Source of the DNA: Acidobacteriota bacterium
GTDB taxonomy: Bacteria > Acidobacteriota > UBA890 > WLXD01
NCBI GenBank assembly: GCA_963666055.2
Contig: CAXWPH010000015.1
Coordinates: 1,440,001-1,504,000, forward strand
Length of the DNA: 64,000 nucleotides
Reading direction: 5' to 3'
Shown piece by piece: positions 9,941 through 18,530 of the stretch. The notes beneath the pieces are model-generated. The model did no database searches. It saw nothing but the letters and a program-made list of their open reading frames with translations, and was not told the origin of the DNA. Each line of letters starts with the position of its first letter. The first letter of the stretch is position 1. Made by a program: the position numbers and the translations under genes.

Positions 9941-9959
9941 TGGTCTGTAACAGATGATC
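9937..9959 (+). mobile_element. Solo terminal inverted repeat of the MITE family seen at 58975
   Basis: CTAGTGGTCTGTAACAGATGATC matches CTAGTGGCCTGTAACAGATAATC at 21/23 positions. Confidence 0.7.
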
Positions 9960-10090
9960 AACCATCGCTGGGGCGCACGAACTGCAGCCGCAAGTGGGTT
10001 TCCAACGCCTCCGAAACGGCGCGCAATGTGGCCATGGTGGGATTCGATCGCTGCGGGTCTTCGAGCCGTTGCACTTGCTGCAGCTCCGCT

Positions 10091-11422
10091 CTACTGCTGC
10101 AGCTCCGCGGCCACTCGCTCCACCTGGCGCAGCGCTCGCAACAGGTTCAGCCCGACGATCTTGCTGACCTCCTCGTCGCTGTGTCCGCGGCGCAACAGCT
10201 CGGCGACCAGGTGCGGATAGCGGGTCACGTCCTCGAGCCCTACGACCATCGAAGGCGTGCCGCTGTCATAGAAGTCCGAGCCGATGCCGACGTTGTCGAT
10301 ACCGGCCACCTCGATGATGTGTTCGATGTGGTCGGCCACATCGAAAAGGGTTCCGCGCGGGGCCGGGTTGGCCTCTGCCCATAGCTCGAGCCGGCGGGCG
10401 ATCTCGGCGTCGTCGTCGAGCTCGGCGCGCAGGCGCTCGAGCATGTCGTGGCTGCGAACTGCCCACAGCGGCTCGACGCCCGTCAGCATGCTGATCATCG
10501 TTTCGCGCATCGTGTCGGCACCGTAGGTGCGGTCCCACTCCGCCCGCGTCGGCGCCACGTACCCGGCGATGAAGTTCACCATCACCACGCCGCCGTTGGC
10601 GGCAACCAGGCGCAGGATGTCGTCGGGCACGTTGCGCCGGTGTGGGTTCACACCCCGGGCGCTGGAGTGCGAGTACAGCACCGGGGCGCGGCTTACCCGG
10701 AGAGCGTCGCGCATGGTGTCGTCGCTGACGTGCGACAGGTCGACGAACATGCCGAGCCGGTTCATCTCGCGCACCACACGCTCTCCGAACTCGGTGAGTC
10801 CACCGTGCAGCGGCATGTCGGTTGCCGAGTCGGCCCAGTCGGTGCTGCGAAAGTGCGTCAACGTCATGTAGCGGGCGCCGAGCTCGTAGAACAGGCGCAA
10901 CGCTGCAAGCTGGTTGTTGATCATATGGCCGCCTTCGATGCCGATCATCGAGGCAATGCGCCCGGCGGCGAAGATGCGCTCGACGTCGTCGGCGGTATCG
11001 GCGAACTCGAAGTCGTCGTAGGCGGCGACGAACTGTCGTACCACATCGATCGCGGTCAGCGCCGTCTCCAGCTCGGTGTCGGTCCACATGGTGGCCGACT
11101 CGGAGAACGCGGCCCAGAATTGACCGCCGACCATTCCCTCGCGTAGCCGCGGGAGATCGGCCGCCAGCATCGCTTGGCGCTGGTTCAGATCGACGCGCGA
11201 CGGCTCCGAGTCGTGCTGCAAGGTGATCGTGTAGGCGAGGTCGTTGTGCCCGTCGATCAACGGTACCCGTGCGAGGATCTCGCGGGCGCGCGTCAGGTAC
11301 TCGTCTTCTTGTGCCTGGGGGCCCGGCGCGGCGGCCAGTGCACCCGCCGTCAGCAGGAGCGCCGCGGTGATGGTGAGCACGCGGGGTGAGCAAATCGGCT
11401 CGAAACGGCGCCTGTTCCTCAT
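10091..11422 (-). CDS. Membrane dipeptidase (peptidase M19), secreted
   Basis: LIDGHNDL, IEGGH, YMTLTH, VDLSH, SHS, VGIGSDF motifs. Confidence 0.93.
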   Translation of the reverse strand: MRNRRRFEPICSPRVLTITAALLLTAGALAAAPGPQAQEDEYLTRAREILARVPLIDGHNDLAYTITLQHDSEPSRVDLNQRQAMLAADLPRLREGMVGGQFWAAFSESATMWTDTELETALTAIDVVRQFVAAYDDFEFADTADDVERIFAAGRIASMIGIEGGHMINNQLAALRLFYELGARYMTLTHFRSTDWADSATDMPLHGGLTEFGERVVREMNRLGMFVDLSHVSDDTMRDALRVSRAPVLYSHSSARGVNPHRRNVPDDILRLVAANGGVVMVNFIAGYVAPTRAEWDRTYGADTMRETMISMLTGVEPLWAVRSHDMLERLRAELDDDAEIARRLELWAEANPAPRGTLFDVADHIEHIIEVAGIDNVGIGSDFYDSGTPSMVVGLEDVTRYPHLVAELLRRGHSDEEVSKIVGLNLLRALRQVERVAAELQQ

Positions 11423-11533
11423 CGTCACCAAGCCTCCTGATCGCAGTCGCGTTGGAACTATATGGCGTCGAGAGAGTATCGTTTCAGCGGTCAACTATCT
11501 GTAGCGCCAATTGTTCTCAGTGGAGGTTTCAAC

Positions 11534-12850
11534 ATGTCGCGTCGAGTCGCCGCCCTGTTCGTCATCACTTTCTTCATCGCGGTGACCTCGGCAGGTGCCG
11601 TCGCACAACAGTGGAGTCCGCACAAGCCGGGCAGCGACAACATCGAGGTGGTGTCGCACCTGCCGCTCGGCCCGGCGCTCAGCACTGCCGACATCGAGAT
11701 CGAGCAGGAGCTGTCGCGACCGTACGCCTACGTGGCTCGCGAGATTTTCGGTGAGTTCGGTGAAAAAGGCTTGGACGTGATCGATCTCACCGATCCGGCC
11801 GATCCCAAGCGGATTCACGAATGGCGCATCGAGGACCAGGATCTGCATGCCGGTGCCGGCGGCAAAGACGTCAAGTACTTCATGTGGGAGGGTCGCTACT
11901 ACGTCGTGCTTTCCGTTCAATTCTCTCAGGGCGGACCGAACCCCGACCTCGGCGCGATCATTTTCGACGTGACCGACCTGCCGGAGAAGATCGTCGAGGT
12001 GGCACGCATCCGCGAGCCGGAGATCGTTGGCGGATTCCACAATATCTTTATTTATGCGCACAGCAACGGTCGCCCGCTGCTGTTCACGACCCTGGCGGGA
12101 CCCGGCGCCGGCGTCTATGACCTGGTGCATGTGCTCAACGGACACATGGACGATGCGCGCGTCGCCAACGTACCCGTCGGAACTGGCGCGGATGGCGATC
12201 GTGGCTACCGCGGCTACCACGACTTCTACGTTGGCTGGCACGAGGACACCCAGACCGATCGTTTCTACGGCGGCGGCACTGACGGGTATTACATCTACGA
12301 CGTCACCAACCTCGAGGCCCCCGAGCTCCTGATATCGCTCACCGGCATTTCCGGGGTGCAATACGGTCACACGTTCACACCCACACCGGACGGTCGCTAC
12401 GTGATCGCCGAGACCGAGTACCAATACGCCCCGCTGCGGATCTTCGACCTGCAGCCGGCGCTCGATGGCGAGGTGCAGAACATCCGCAGTCCGATCGGCG
12501 CGTGGACAGCCGACTGGCGCCACCTGGTACACAACCACGAGGTGCGCTGGCCCTACGTGTTCGTCTCCGGTTACCTGGATGGGCTGCAGGTGTTCAGCAT
12601 GATGGACCCGGCCAACCCGGTGACGGTCGCTTACTACGATACCTATCTGGGGCCGCCGAACCCCGGCGGTGGCACCGGCGCGATGTTCAACGGTGCCTGG
12701 GGCATCGACGTGCGCAACGAGGACGGTCTCATCGTCATCAGCGACATGACGACCGGTTTCTGGGCCTTCAGGATGGATGGCTTCAACGGTTGGAACGGCG
12801 CCGACTGGGGCATGCCCGAGACCTCTAGCGCGCAGGTGTGGACACGCTAG
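11534..12850 (+). CDS. Secreted LVIVD-repeat beta-propeller protein
   Basis: SD GGAGG, signal peptide, repeated YAYVA/GLDVIDLTDPADP/GLQVFSMMDPANP units, conserved His residues. Confidence 0.8.
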   Translation: MSRRVAALFVITFFIAVTSAGAVAQQWSPHKPGSDNIEVVSHLPLGPALSTADIEIEQELSRPYAYVAREIFGEFGEKGLDVIDLTDPADPKRIHEWRIEDQDLHAGAGGKDVKYFMWEGRYYVVLSVQFSQGGPNPDLGAIIFDVTDLPEKIVEVARIREPEIVGGFHNIFIYAHSNGRPLLFTTLAGPGAGVYDLVHVLNGHMDDARVANVPVGTGADGDRGYRGYHDFYVGWHEDTQTDRFYGGGTDGYYIYDVTNLEAPELLISLTGISGVQYGHTFTPTPDGRYVIAETEYQYAPLRIFDLQPALDGEVQNIRSPIGAWTADWRHLVHNHEVRWPYVFVSGYLDGLQVFSMMDPANPVTVAYYDTYLGPPNPGGGTGAMFNGAWGIDVRNEDGLIVISDMTTGFWAFRMDGFNGWNGADWGMPETSSAQVWTR

Positions 12851-12897
12851 CGCCGCACGCCGGCCGAAGCCGAGATTCTGCCGGAGCGGCGACAACC

Positions 12898-13830
12898 ATG
12901 ATGCCTAGCGTCGGACGACTCTCGACGCTGATCATCGGCCTGGTGAGCGGCGCCGCTGTTTTAGGCGCCACACCGGTCACCAGCCCGACCTCCACGTTCG
13001 AGCGACTGTACTCGGACGACAGCCCGTTCAACCAGAAGATCGCGACGAACCCGCCCATCGACCCGGCTTCGGCGCACATGATCGGCAGCCTGGTGCGAGC
13101 GGGCCGCAAGCAGGGGTTCCTGATCGCGCTCAAGCGCTGGACGATTCCGATCTACTACGCCAGCGCCAACACTCCGCGATACCGCGTTCGGATGACCGCC
13201 AAGTGGGCGCCGGCGAACTGGTTCCAGGGTGTGCCTATTCCCGACAACGCGGCGCCAGACCCGGCGGGCGACGGGGACATGGTCATCATCGATAACGAAG
13301 CCGGGTGTGAGTGCGACTTCTGGCAGGCGAAGAAGAGCAACGGCGCGTGGCAGGCGAGCTGGGGAAACAGCTTGCGAACCGACGGAGATGGCATCTTCCC
13401 GCGCGGGCTTTCGGCGCGCGGCTCCGGGTTCGCGTTCCCCGCCGGGATGATCTTCCCCGACGAGCTCGTCGACGGCCGAATCGATCACGCGCTGCAATTC
13501 AGCTACAACTACCCCAGGCGCGGCAATCCGGTGGATCCGACGCTCGATCTCGATTCACTCGGCCTCACTCGCTACGAGCGCATCATCGCCGAGGCGCTGC
13601 AGCAGTACGGCATGATTCTCGCCGACAATGGCGGCGGCGTGGAGTTGCAGGCCGTGCATCCGATGAGCTACGACGACGATGTCTATGCCGACGTCCTGCC
13701 GGATCGGCGCTACGTGTTCTTGAACAACATTCCGCTCGATCGATTCGAAGTGCTGAAGCTGCCGCCGGAGACCAACTTCGAGAACGCCATCGTGCCCTCG
13801 GGCTGCGGCAAGCTGACGCGTCGGCGGTAG
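12898..13830 (+). CDS. Secreted hypothetical protein
   Basis: Signal-like N-terminus; motifs DSPFNQKI, DGDMVIID, AGMIFPDE..IDHAL, ALQQYGMILADNGG. Confidence 0.7.
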   Translation: MMPSVGRLSTLIIGLVSGAAVLGATPVTSPTSTFERLYSDDSPFNQKIATNPPIDPASAHMIGSLVRAGRKQGFLIALKRWTIPIYYASANTPRYRVRMTAKWAPANWFQGVPIPDNAAPDPAGDGDMVIIDNEAGCECDFWQAKKSNGAWQASWGNSLRTDGDGIFPRGLSARGSGFAFPAGMIFPDELVDGRIDHALQFSYNYPRRGNPVDPTLDLDSLGLTRYERIIAEALQQYGMILADNGGGVELQAVHPMSYDDDVYADVLPDRRYVFLNNIPLDRFEVLKLPPETNFENAIVPSGCGKLTRRR

Positions 13831-13861
13831 CGTCGCAAGCGCGTCCAAATACGGAGAGCAG

Positions 13862-15439
13862 ATGCAGGTTCCGTTGCTGGTCAACGACTTTTTGTCGCGC
13901 CCGGCGCTCCTGTATCCCGACAAGACAGCGGTAGTCGACGGTGAGCGGCGCCTCTCGTATCGTGATCTTCAGGTGCGTGCCAACCGGCTATCCAACGCGC
14001 TCGTCGAGCTTGGCGTTGGCAAGGGCGACCGGGTCTGCATGCTCAGCCCCAACTCGCACTTCTTTCTGGAGAGCTTCTACGGCACCAGTCAGATCGGTGC
14101 GGTGCTGGTGCCGCTGAACTATCGCCTGATGGCTGCCGATCATCAGTACATCCTCAACCACGCGGGTGTGAAGGTAGTGCTTGTCGACCACGAGTACGTC
14201 GAGTTGGTCGACGGAATTCGACCGCGATTGCCGACCGTCGAGCATTGGATCGTGGCGCAGGACGAGGGCGACACGCCGGCGGGGTGGGCTGATTGGGAGG
14301 CGATGATCGCCACCGCCAGCGACGCATCGCCGGCGGGGCCCGAGCTCGACGAGAACGACCTGGTGTCGATCAACTACACGTCCGGTACCACGGCCCGCCC
14401 GAAGGGTGTGATGTTGACGCACCGCAGCCTGTACTTGAACGCCTACAGCATGATCGCTCACCTGGGTATCGGCCACGACGACGTCGAGCTCTGGACGCTG
14501 CCGATGTTCCATTGCAATGGTTGGGGCGCCGTTTATGCGCTCACCGGAATGGGTGGTACCCACGTGGTGCTGCGCGCCATCGATGCCGAGCGGATCTTCA
14601 GCTTGATCGCTGGGGAAGGGGTGACCTTCGCCTGCATGGCGCCGGCAGTGCTGAACGCGATCCTGGAGTACCCCGACGCCGCCCGGCACGAGATCGGCAC
14701 CAAGCCGCGCTTCGTGGTTGCGGGAGCCCCGCCCCCGGCGGCGTTCATCGAGCGCCTCGAGCAGGAGCTCGGCTGGGAGTTCATGCAGATCTACGGGCTC
14801 ACCGAGACGTCGCCCTACCTGACCGGCAACTTCGTGAGCCATGGCACCGCCCAGGACGACTATGATCGCCGCTCGCGTGTCGGTGTGCCGGGGCTCGGGG
14901 TGGACATCGTGCTGCTCGACGACGACGGCAAAAAGGTACCGCGCGACAACGCCACCGTCGGTGAGATCTGCGCCCGCTCCAATGTAGTCTTCGAAGGTTA
15001 CTGGGAGCAGCCAGAGGAGACCGAGAAGGCGATCCGCGACGGCTACTTCCATACCGGCGACCTGGCCATCTGGGACGAGGTCGGCAACGTGAGCATTGTC
15101 GACCGCAAGAAAGACGTCATCATTTCAGGCGGCGAGAACATCAGCTCCGCCGAGGTCGAGGACGCCCTCTATCAGCATCCCGCTGTGCTGGAGTGCGCCG
15201 TCATCGGCGTACCGCACGAGAAGTGGGGTGAGACGCCGATGGCGCTCGTCGTCCTGCGTGAGGGCGAGACGGCCGATGAAGATACTCTGCTCGCGTTTTG
15301 CCGTCAGCATCTGGCGCACTTCAAGTGCCCTAGCTCGGTGCGCCTCATCGATGCGCTGCCGCGGACCGCGACGGGAAAGCTCCAGAAGTTCCGCTTGCGC
15401 GAGAAGTACTGGCAGGGTCAGGAACGCCGAGTGAACTGA
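13862..15439 (+). CDS. Acyl-CoA synthetase / long-chain fatty acid-CoA ligase
   Basis: YTSGTTARPKG, YGLTET, FHTGD, DRKKDVIISGGENISS, TATGKLQK. Confidence 0.95.
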   Translation: MQVPLLVNDFLSRPALLYPDKTAVVDGERRLSYRDLQVRANRLSNALVELGVGKGDRVCMLSPNSHFFLESFYGTSQIGAVLVPLNYRLMAADHQYILNHAGVKVVLVDHEYVELVDGIRPRLPTVEHWIVAQDEGDTPAGWADWEAMIATASDASPAGPELDENDLVSINYTSGTTARPKGVMLTHRSLYLNAYSMIAHLGIGHDDVELWTLPMFHCNGWGAVYALTGMGGTHVVLRAIDAERIFSLIAGEGVTFACMAPAVLNAILEYPDAARHEIGTKPRFVVAGAPPPAAFIERLEQELGWEFMQIYGLTETSPYLTGNFVSHGTAQDDYDRRSRVGVPGLGVDIVLLDDDGKKVPRDNATVGEICARSNVVFEGYWEQPEETEKAIRDGYFHTGDLAIWDEVGNVSIVDRKKDVIISGGENISSAEVEDALYQHPAVLECAVIGVPHEKWGETPMALVVLREGETADEDTLLAFCRQHLAHFKCPSSVRLIDALPRTATGKLQKFRLREKYWQGQERRVN

Positions 15440-15530
15440 GGCATGGCCCCACCATGAGCCGCCGCGTGCACTGCCGCGCGACATGATCCGGCGTGCGGAT
15501 CTCGTCTATGATATGCCAGTTACCACAAAA

Positions 15531-15558
15531 AATGTCATGAAATCTATTTCGTGACATT
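15531..15558. promoter_or_regulatory. Inverted repeat, probable TA autoregulatory operator
   Basis: AATGTCATGAAAT-CT-ATTTCGTGACATT (one mismatch); TATCAT -10-like hexamer at 15566-15571, 6 nt before the antitoxin ATG. Confidence 0.65.
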
Positions 15559-15577
15559 CTTGATATATCATGGGAAT

Positions 15578-15874
15578 ATGAGCGACTCGGTTACGATGAT
15601 CGGAAAGGGTGGCCGCGTGGTCATCCCTTCAAGACATCGGAAGGCGCTGGGAATCGAAGAGGGGCAACAGGTCATCGTGAGCCTCGATCGTGACGGAATC
15701 TGGATCAGAACTCCCGAGCAAGCAGTGGCACACGCTCAGAGGTTGGTGCGTGAGCATGTTGGCAACGGCAAGAGTCTTGTCGACGAGTTGCTCCGTGAGC
15801 GTCGCCGCGAGGTGCTTGGTGACGATGCGTCAGACGCCCCGCGCTCGCGGTCGGGCAACTCGCGTCGGCGATGA
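15578..15874 (+). CDS. AbrB/MazE/SpoVT family antitoxin
   Basis: GKGGRVVIPSRHRKALGIEEGQQV..SLVDELLRERR; overlaps the toxin start. Confidence 0.88.
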   Translation: MSDSVTMIGKGGRVVIPSRHRKALGIEEGQQVIVSLDRDGIWIRTPEQAVAHAQRLVREHVGNGKSLVDELLRERRREVLGDDASDAPRSRSGNSRRR

Positions 15875-16254
15875 GCTCGCCGGTCTTGGACGCCTCGGCG
15901 GTGCTCGCGTTGCTCAATGGCGAATCGGGCGCTCCGGAGGTGGCGGCAGCTCTTCCCGGAGCGATGATGTCGGCGGTGAATCTCGCCGAGGTCGCGGGGA
16001 AGCTGGTCGATCATGGGATGGAGGAGGGCGAGGTGCGGGCGGCCCTGGCCGGGCTGGCGCTCCGGATCGTGACCTTCGACGAGGTGCGCGCGTATCGAGT
16101 GGGCGCTCTGCGGCGCGAAACGCGGCACGTCGGACTGGCGCTGGGCGATCGCGCTTGCCTCGCTGCGGGCCGGGAGATGGAACGGACCGTTCTGACGGCG
16201 GACCGGCGCTGGGCTGAGCTGGATCTCGGGATCGACATCCGGGTGATCCGCTAG
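15871..16254 (+). CDS. vapC: VapC PIN-domain toxin
   Basis: VLDASAVLA..SAVNLAEV..GLALGDRACLA..LTADR. Confidence 0.92.
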   Translation: MSSPVLDASAVLALLNGESGAPEVAAALPGAMMSAVNLAEVAGKLVDHGMEEGEVRAALAGLALRIVTFDEVRAYRVGALRRETRHVGLALGDRACLAAGREMERTVLTADRRWAELDLGIDIRVIR

Positions 16255-16282
16255 CGCGAATCCCGGCTCTGCAACCGGAGCT

Positions 16283-16324
16283 GGGGCTGGGCGCTGGGGC
16301 GGGCGCGGGGCGATGGGCGCTGGG
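16283..16324 (+). repeat. G-rich degenerate heptamer repeat (GCGCTGG/GCGATGG)
   Basis: Seven G3-G4 runs in 42 nt between convergent genes. Confidence 0.5.
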
Positions 16325-16331
16325 CGATCGA

Positions 16332-16838
16332 CTATCGACGCTCACGCTCGGCGGATCGCTCTGACTCTTCGAGGTCGATCAGCCGCTCCTCGATCCCGAC
16401 GTCTCTCGCCACCGGCCGCCCGAGCACACGCTGCTCCATTGACTCCAGCGCGCGCACCGCAAGGCGGTCGCGCACCCGCTCCAGGTGGGCAGTGCTCTCG
16501 TGGTCCGGGTACAGCCTCGGCTCGAGGCTGTCGAGGGCGCTCTCCGCAGCCCAGCGCTGGTCTCGCCAGCGCAGCCACAGATCGCGGCCGGCGGCGGCGA
16601 GCACGAGCGTCAACGCCGCGAACAGCCACACGGTGACCGCTAGCGCGATGTTGATCGCGCCGCCGCCGATGGCGGCTCGGGTCACCGACCACACGATGCG
16701 AACACCGGAGAGCGTGGCGTAGAGAACGATGGCAATGGCGATGATGCCCCAGGCGACGAACGTCGCCATCAGCACCCAGGCGGTCCGGGTGCCGGCCTCG
16801 GCCAGATAGCGTTCGACCAGACGTCTCAGGGCCATCAT
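16332..16838 (-). CDS. Hypothetical membrane protein
   Basis: Two hydrophobic segments and a charged C-terminus; fills an otherwise empty gap. Confidence 0.6.
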   Translation of the reverse strand: MMALRRLVERYLAEAGTRTAWVLMATFVAWGIIAIAIVLYATLSGVRIVWSVTRAAIGGGAINIALAVTVWLFAALTLVLAAAGRDLWLRWRDQRWAAESALDSLEPRLYPDHESTAHLERVRDRLAVRALESMEQRVLGRPVARDVGIEERLIDLEESERSAERERR

Positions 16839-16979
16839 CGCCGCGGTACTTTGAGCCGCCGCCTCCGTGGGAACAAGCCCGAAGTCGAATCACCGGTGGA
16901 ATGAGACTCCGCTGGCCGTTGTCCAAGAGAGTGAGTCCCCACCGACCGACCGCGAGAGCAGGACACCAAGGAGGACGGC

Positions 16980-18380
16980 GTGCCCGTGCAAGATCGACTC
17001 ATCTGCCGCCGCCGGCCGAACGCTCTGCGCGCGCTGGCTCTCGCAACTTGCTCCGCCCTGGGCTTCGGCGTGGTAGCGCTGGCACAGGGACCCGGGCCGG
17101 GGCCGCCGCTGCGCCCGCTGACCGACGCCGACTACCGCAACGGGGGTCAGTTTGACTCCAACGTCGTCGAGCTGGGGCGGCTGCTGTTCTTCGACGAGGT
17201 GCTGAGCGGCAACCGCAACATATCGTGCGCCACCTGTCACAACCCGATCGCGTTTACCGGCGACGGCTTGTCGCTGCCGCTCGGTGAGGGAGGCCGCGGC
17301 CTGGCGCAGGCTCGTACCACCGGTCGCGGCGCGGATGCGGTGCACGAGCGCGTGCCGCGCAACGCCCCGCCGCTGTTCAACCTCGGCGCGCGCCGCTTCA
17401 CGCGCTTGTTTCACGACGGTCGGGTGGCCGAGGATCCGTCGGAGCCCTCGGGTTTCCGCTCGCCGGCGGGCAACGATCTGCCGCTCGGACTGGACAGCGT
17501 GCTGGCGGTGCAGGCGATGTTCCCGCCCACCTCGGGCACCGAGATGGCAGGCCAGGCGGACGAGAATTCGGTCGGCGCGGCGGCCGCGGCAGGACGCCTC
17601 AGCGGCGACGACGGTGTCTGGGATCTGCTGGCGCAGCGGCTGCGCGATATCCCTGAGTATGTGAGGCTCTTCCGCACCGCGTTCCGCGATGTACGCCGTC
17701 CCGATGACGTCACCTTCGTTCATGTCGCCAACGCCATCGCGCAGTTCGAGGCGGCCGCCTACCGCTCTGACCGGAGCCCGTTCGACCGGTTCCTGCGCGG
17801 CGACCGGACGGCGCTCAACGGTGCCCAGGAGCGCGGTATGGACCTCTTCTATCGTCGCGGAAGCTGCTCGCGCTGCCACGGTGGTGCGTTGCAGACCGAT
17901 CAGCGCTTCCACGCCGTCGCCATGCCGCAAATCGGCCCCGGAACGGGTGATGGTGCCGACGGCCGCGACGATTTCGGGCGCGAGAAGGTCACCGGTGATC
18001 GCCGCGACCGCTTCGAGTTTCGCACGCCCTCGCTGCGCAACGTCGAGCTCACCGGACCATGGGGACACGATGGTGCCTATGGTTCGCTCGACGCGGTCGT
18101 GCGGCACTACCGGAATCCGCCGAACGCGTTGCGAGCCTACGACCGGAGTCAGGCGTACTTGCCGTCGCGACCTGATCTCGACGCACTCGACTTCGTGGTG
18201 ATGGACGACCCCGGCCGAGTTGCCGCGATCGGCGATGCCAACGATGCGCGACCGATGCGATTGTCAGATCAGGACGTGGCCGATCTGGTCGCCTTCCTGC
18301 GGGCGCTGACCGACCCCAACATGCTCGATCGGAGCGGCGATGTTCCGACCCATGTTCCGAGTGGCCTGTTGACGCAGTAG
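16980..18380 (+). CDS. Di-heme cytochrome c peroxidase / MauG superfamily protein
   Basis: CATCH and CSRCH heme motifs, LGRLLFFD, RNAPPLFN, FRTPSLRNVELTGPWGHDG; SD AAGGAGG. Confidence 0.9.
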   Translation: MPVQDRLICRRRPNALRALALATCSALGFGVVALAQGPGPGPPLRPLTDADYRNGGQFDSNVVELGRLLFFDEVLSGNRNISCATCHNPIAFTGDGLSLPLGEGGRGLAQARTTGRGADAVHERVPRNAPPLFNLGARRFTRLFHDGRVAEDPSEPSGFRSPAGNDLPLGLDSVLAVQAMFPPTSGTEMAGQADENSVGAAAAAGRLSGDDGVWDLLAQRLRDIPEYVRLFRTAFRDVRRPDDVTFVHVANAIAQFEAAAYRSDRSPFDRFLRGDRTALNGAQERGMDLFYRRGSCSRCHGGALQTDQRFHAVAMPQIGPGTGDGADGRDDFGREKVTGDRRDRFEFRTPSLRNVELTGPWGHDGAYGSLDAVVRHYRNPPNALRAYDRSQAYLPSRPDLDALDFVVMDDPGRVAAIGDANDARPMRLSDQDVADLVAFLRALTDPNMLDRSGDVPTHVPSGLLTQ

Positions 18381-18530
18381 CTCCGCACCTCGGCACCGCA
18401 AGCAAGCTGCTCTGCGGCGGGGCGTCTCGTGAATCGACTGCGCGGTTCCGCGGGTCGCCCCGTTGCTTGCTCCCCGAATCGCGGATACATTCGCCAGCCG
18501 ACCGCTAACCGGCTGCGCGGAGGGCTCGCC

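Noticed and set aside
15561-15570. TGATATATCA identical to the centre of the padR palindrome
   Set aside because: It lacks the TATCA-N5-TGATA box structure and overlaps a -10-like hexamer, so shared regulation is unsupported
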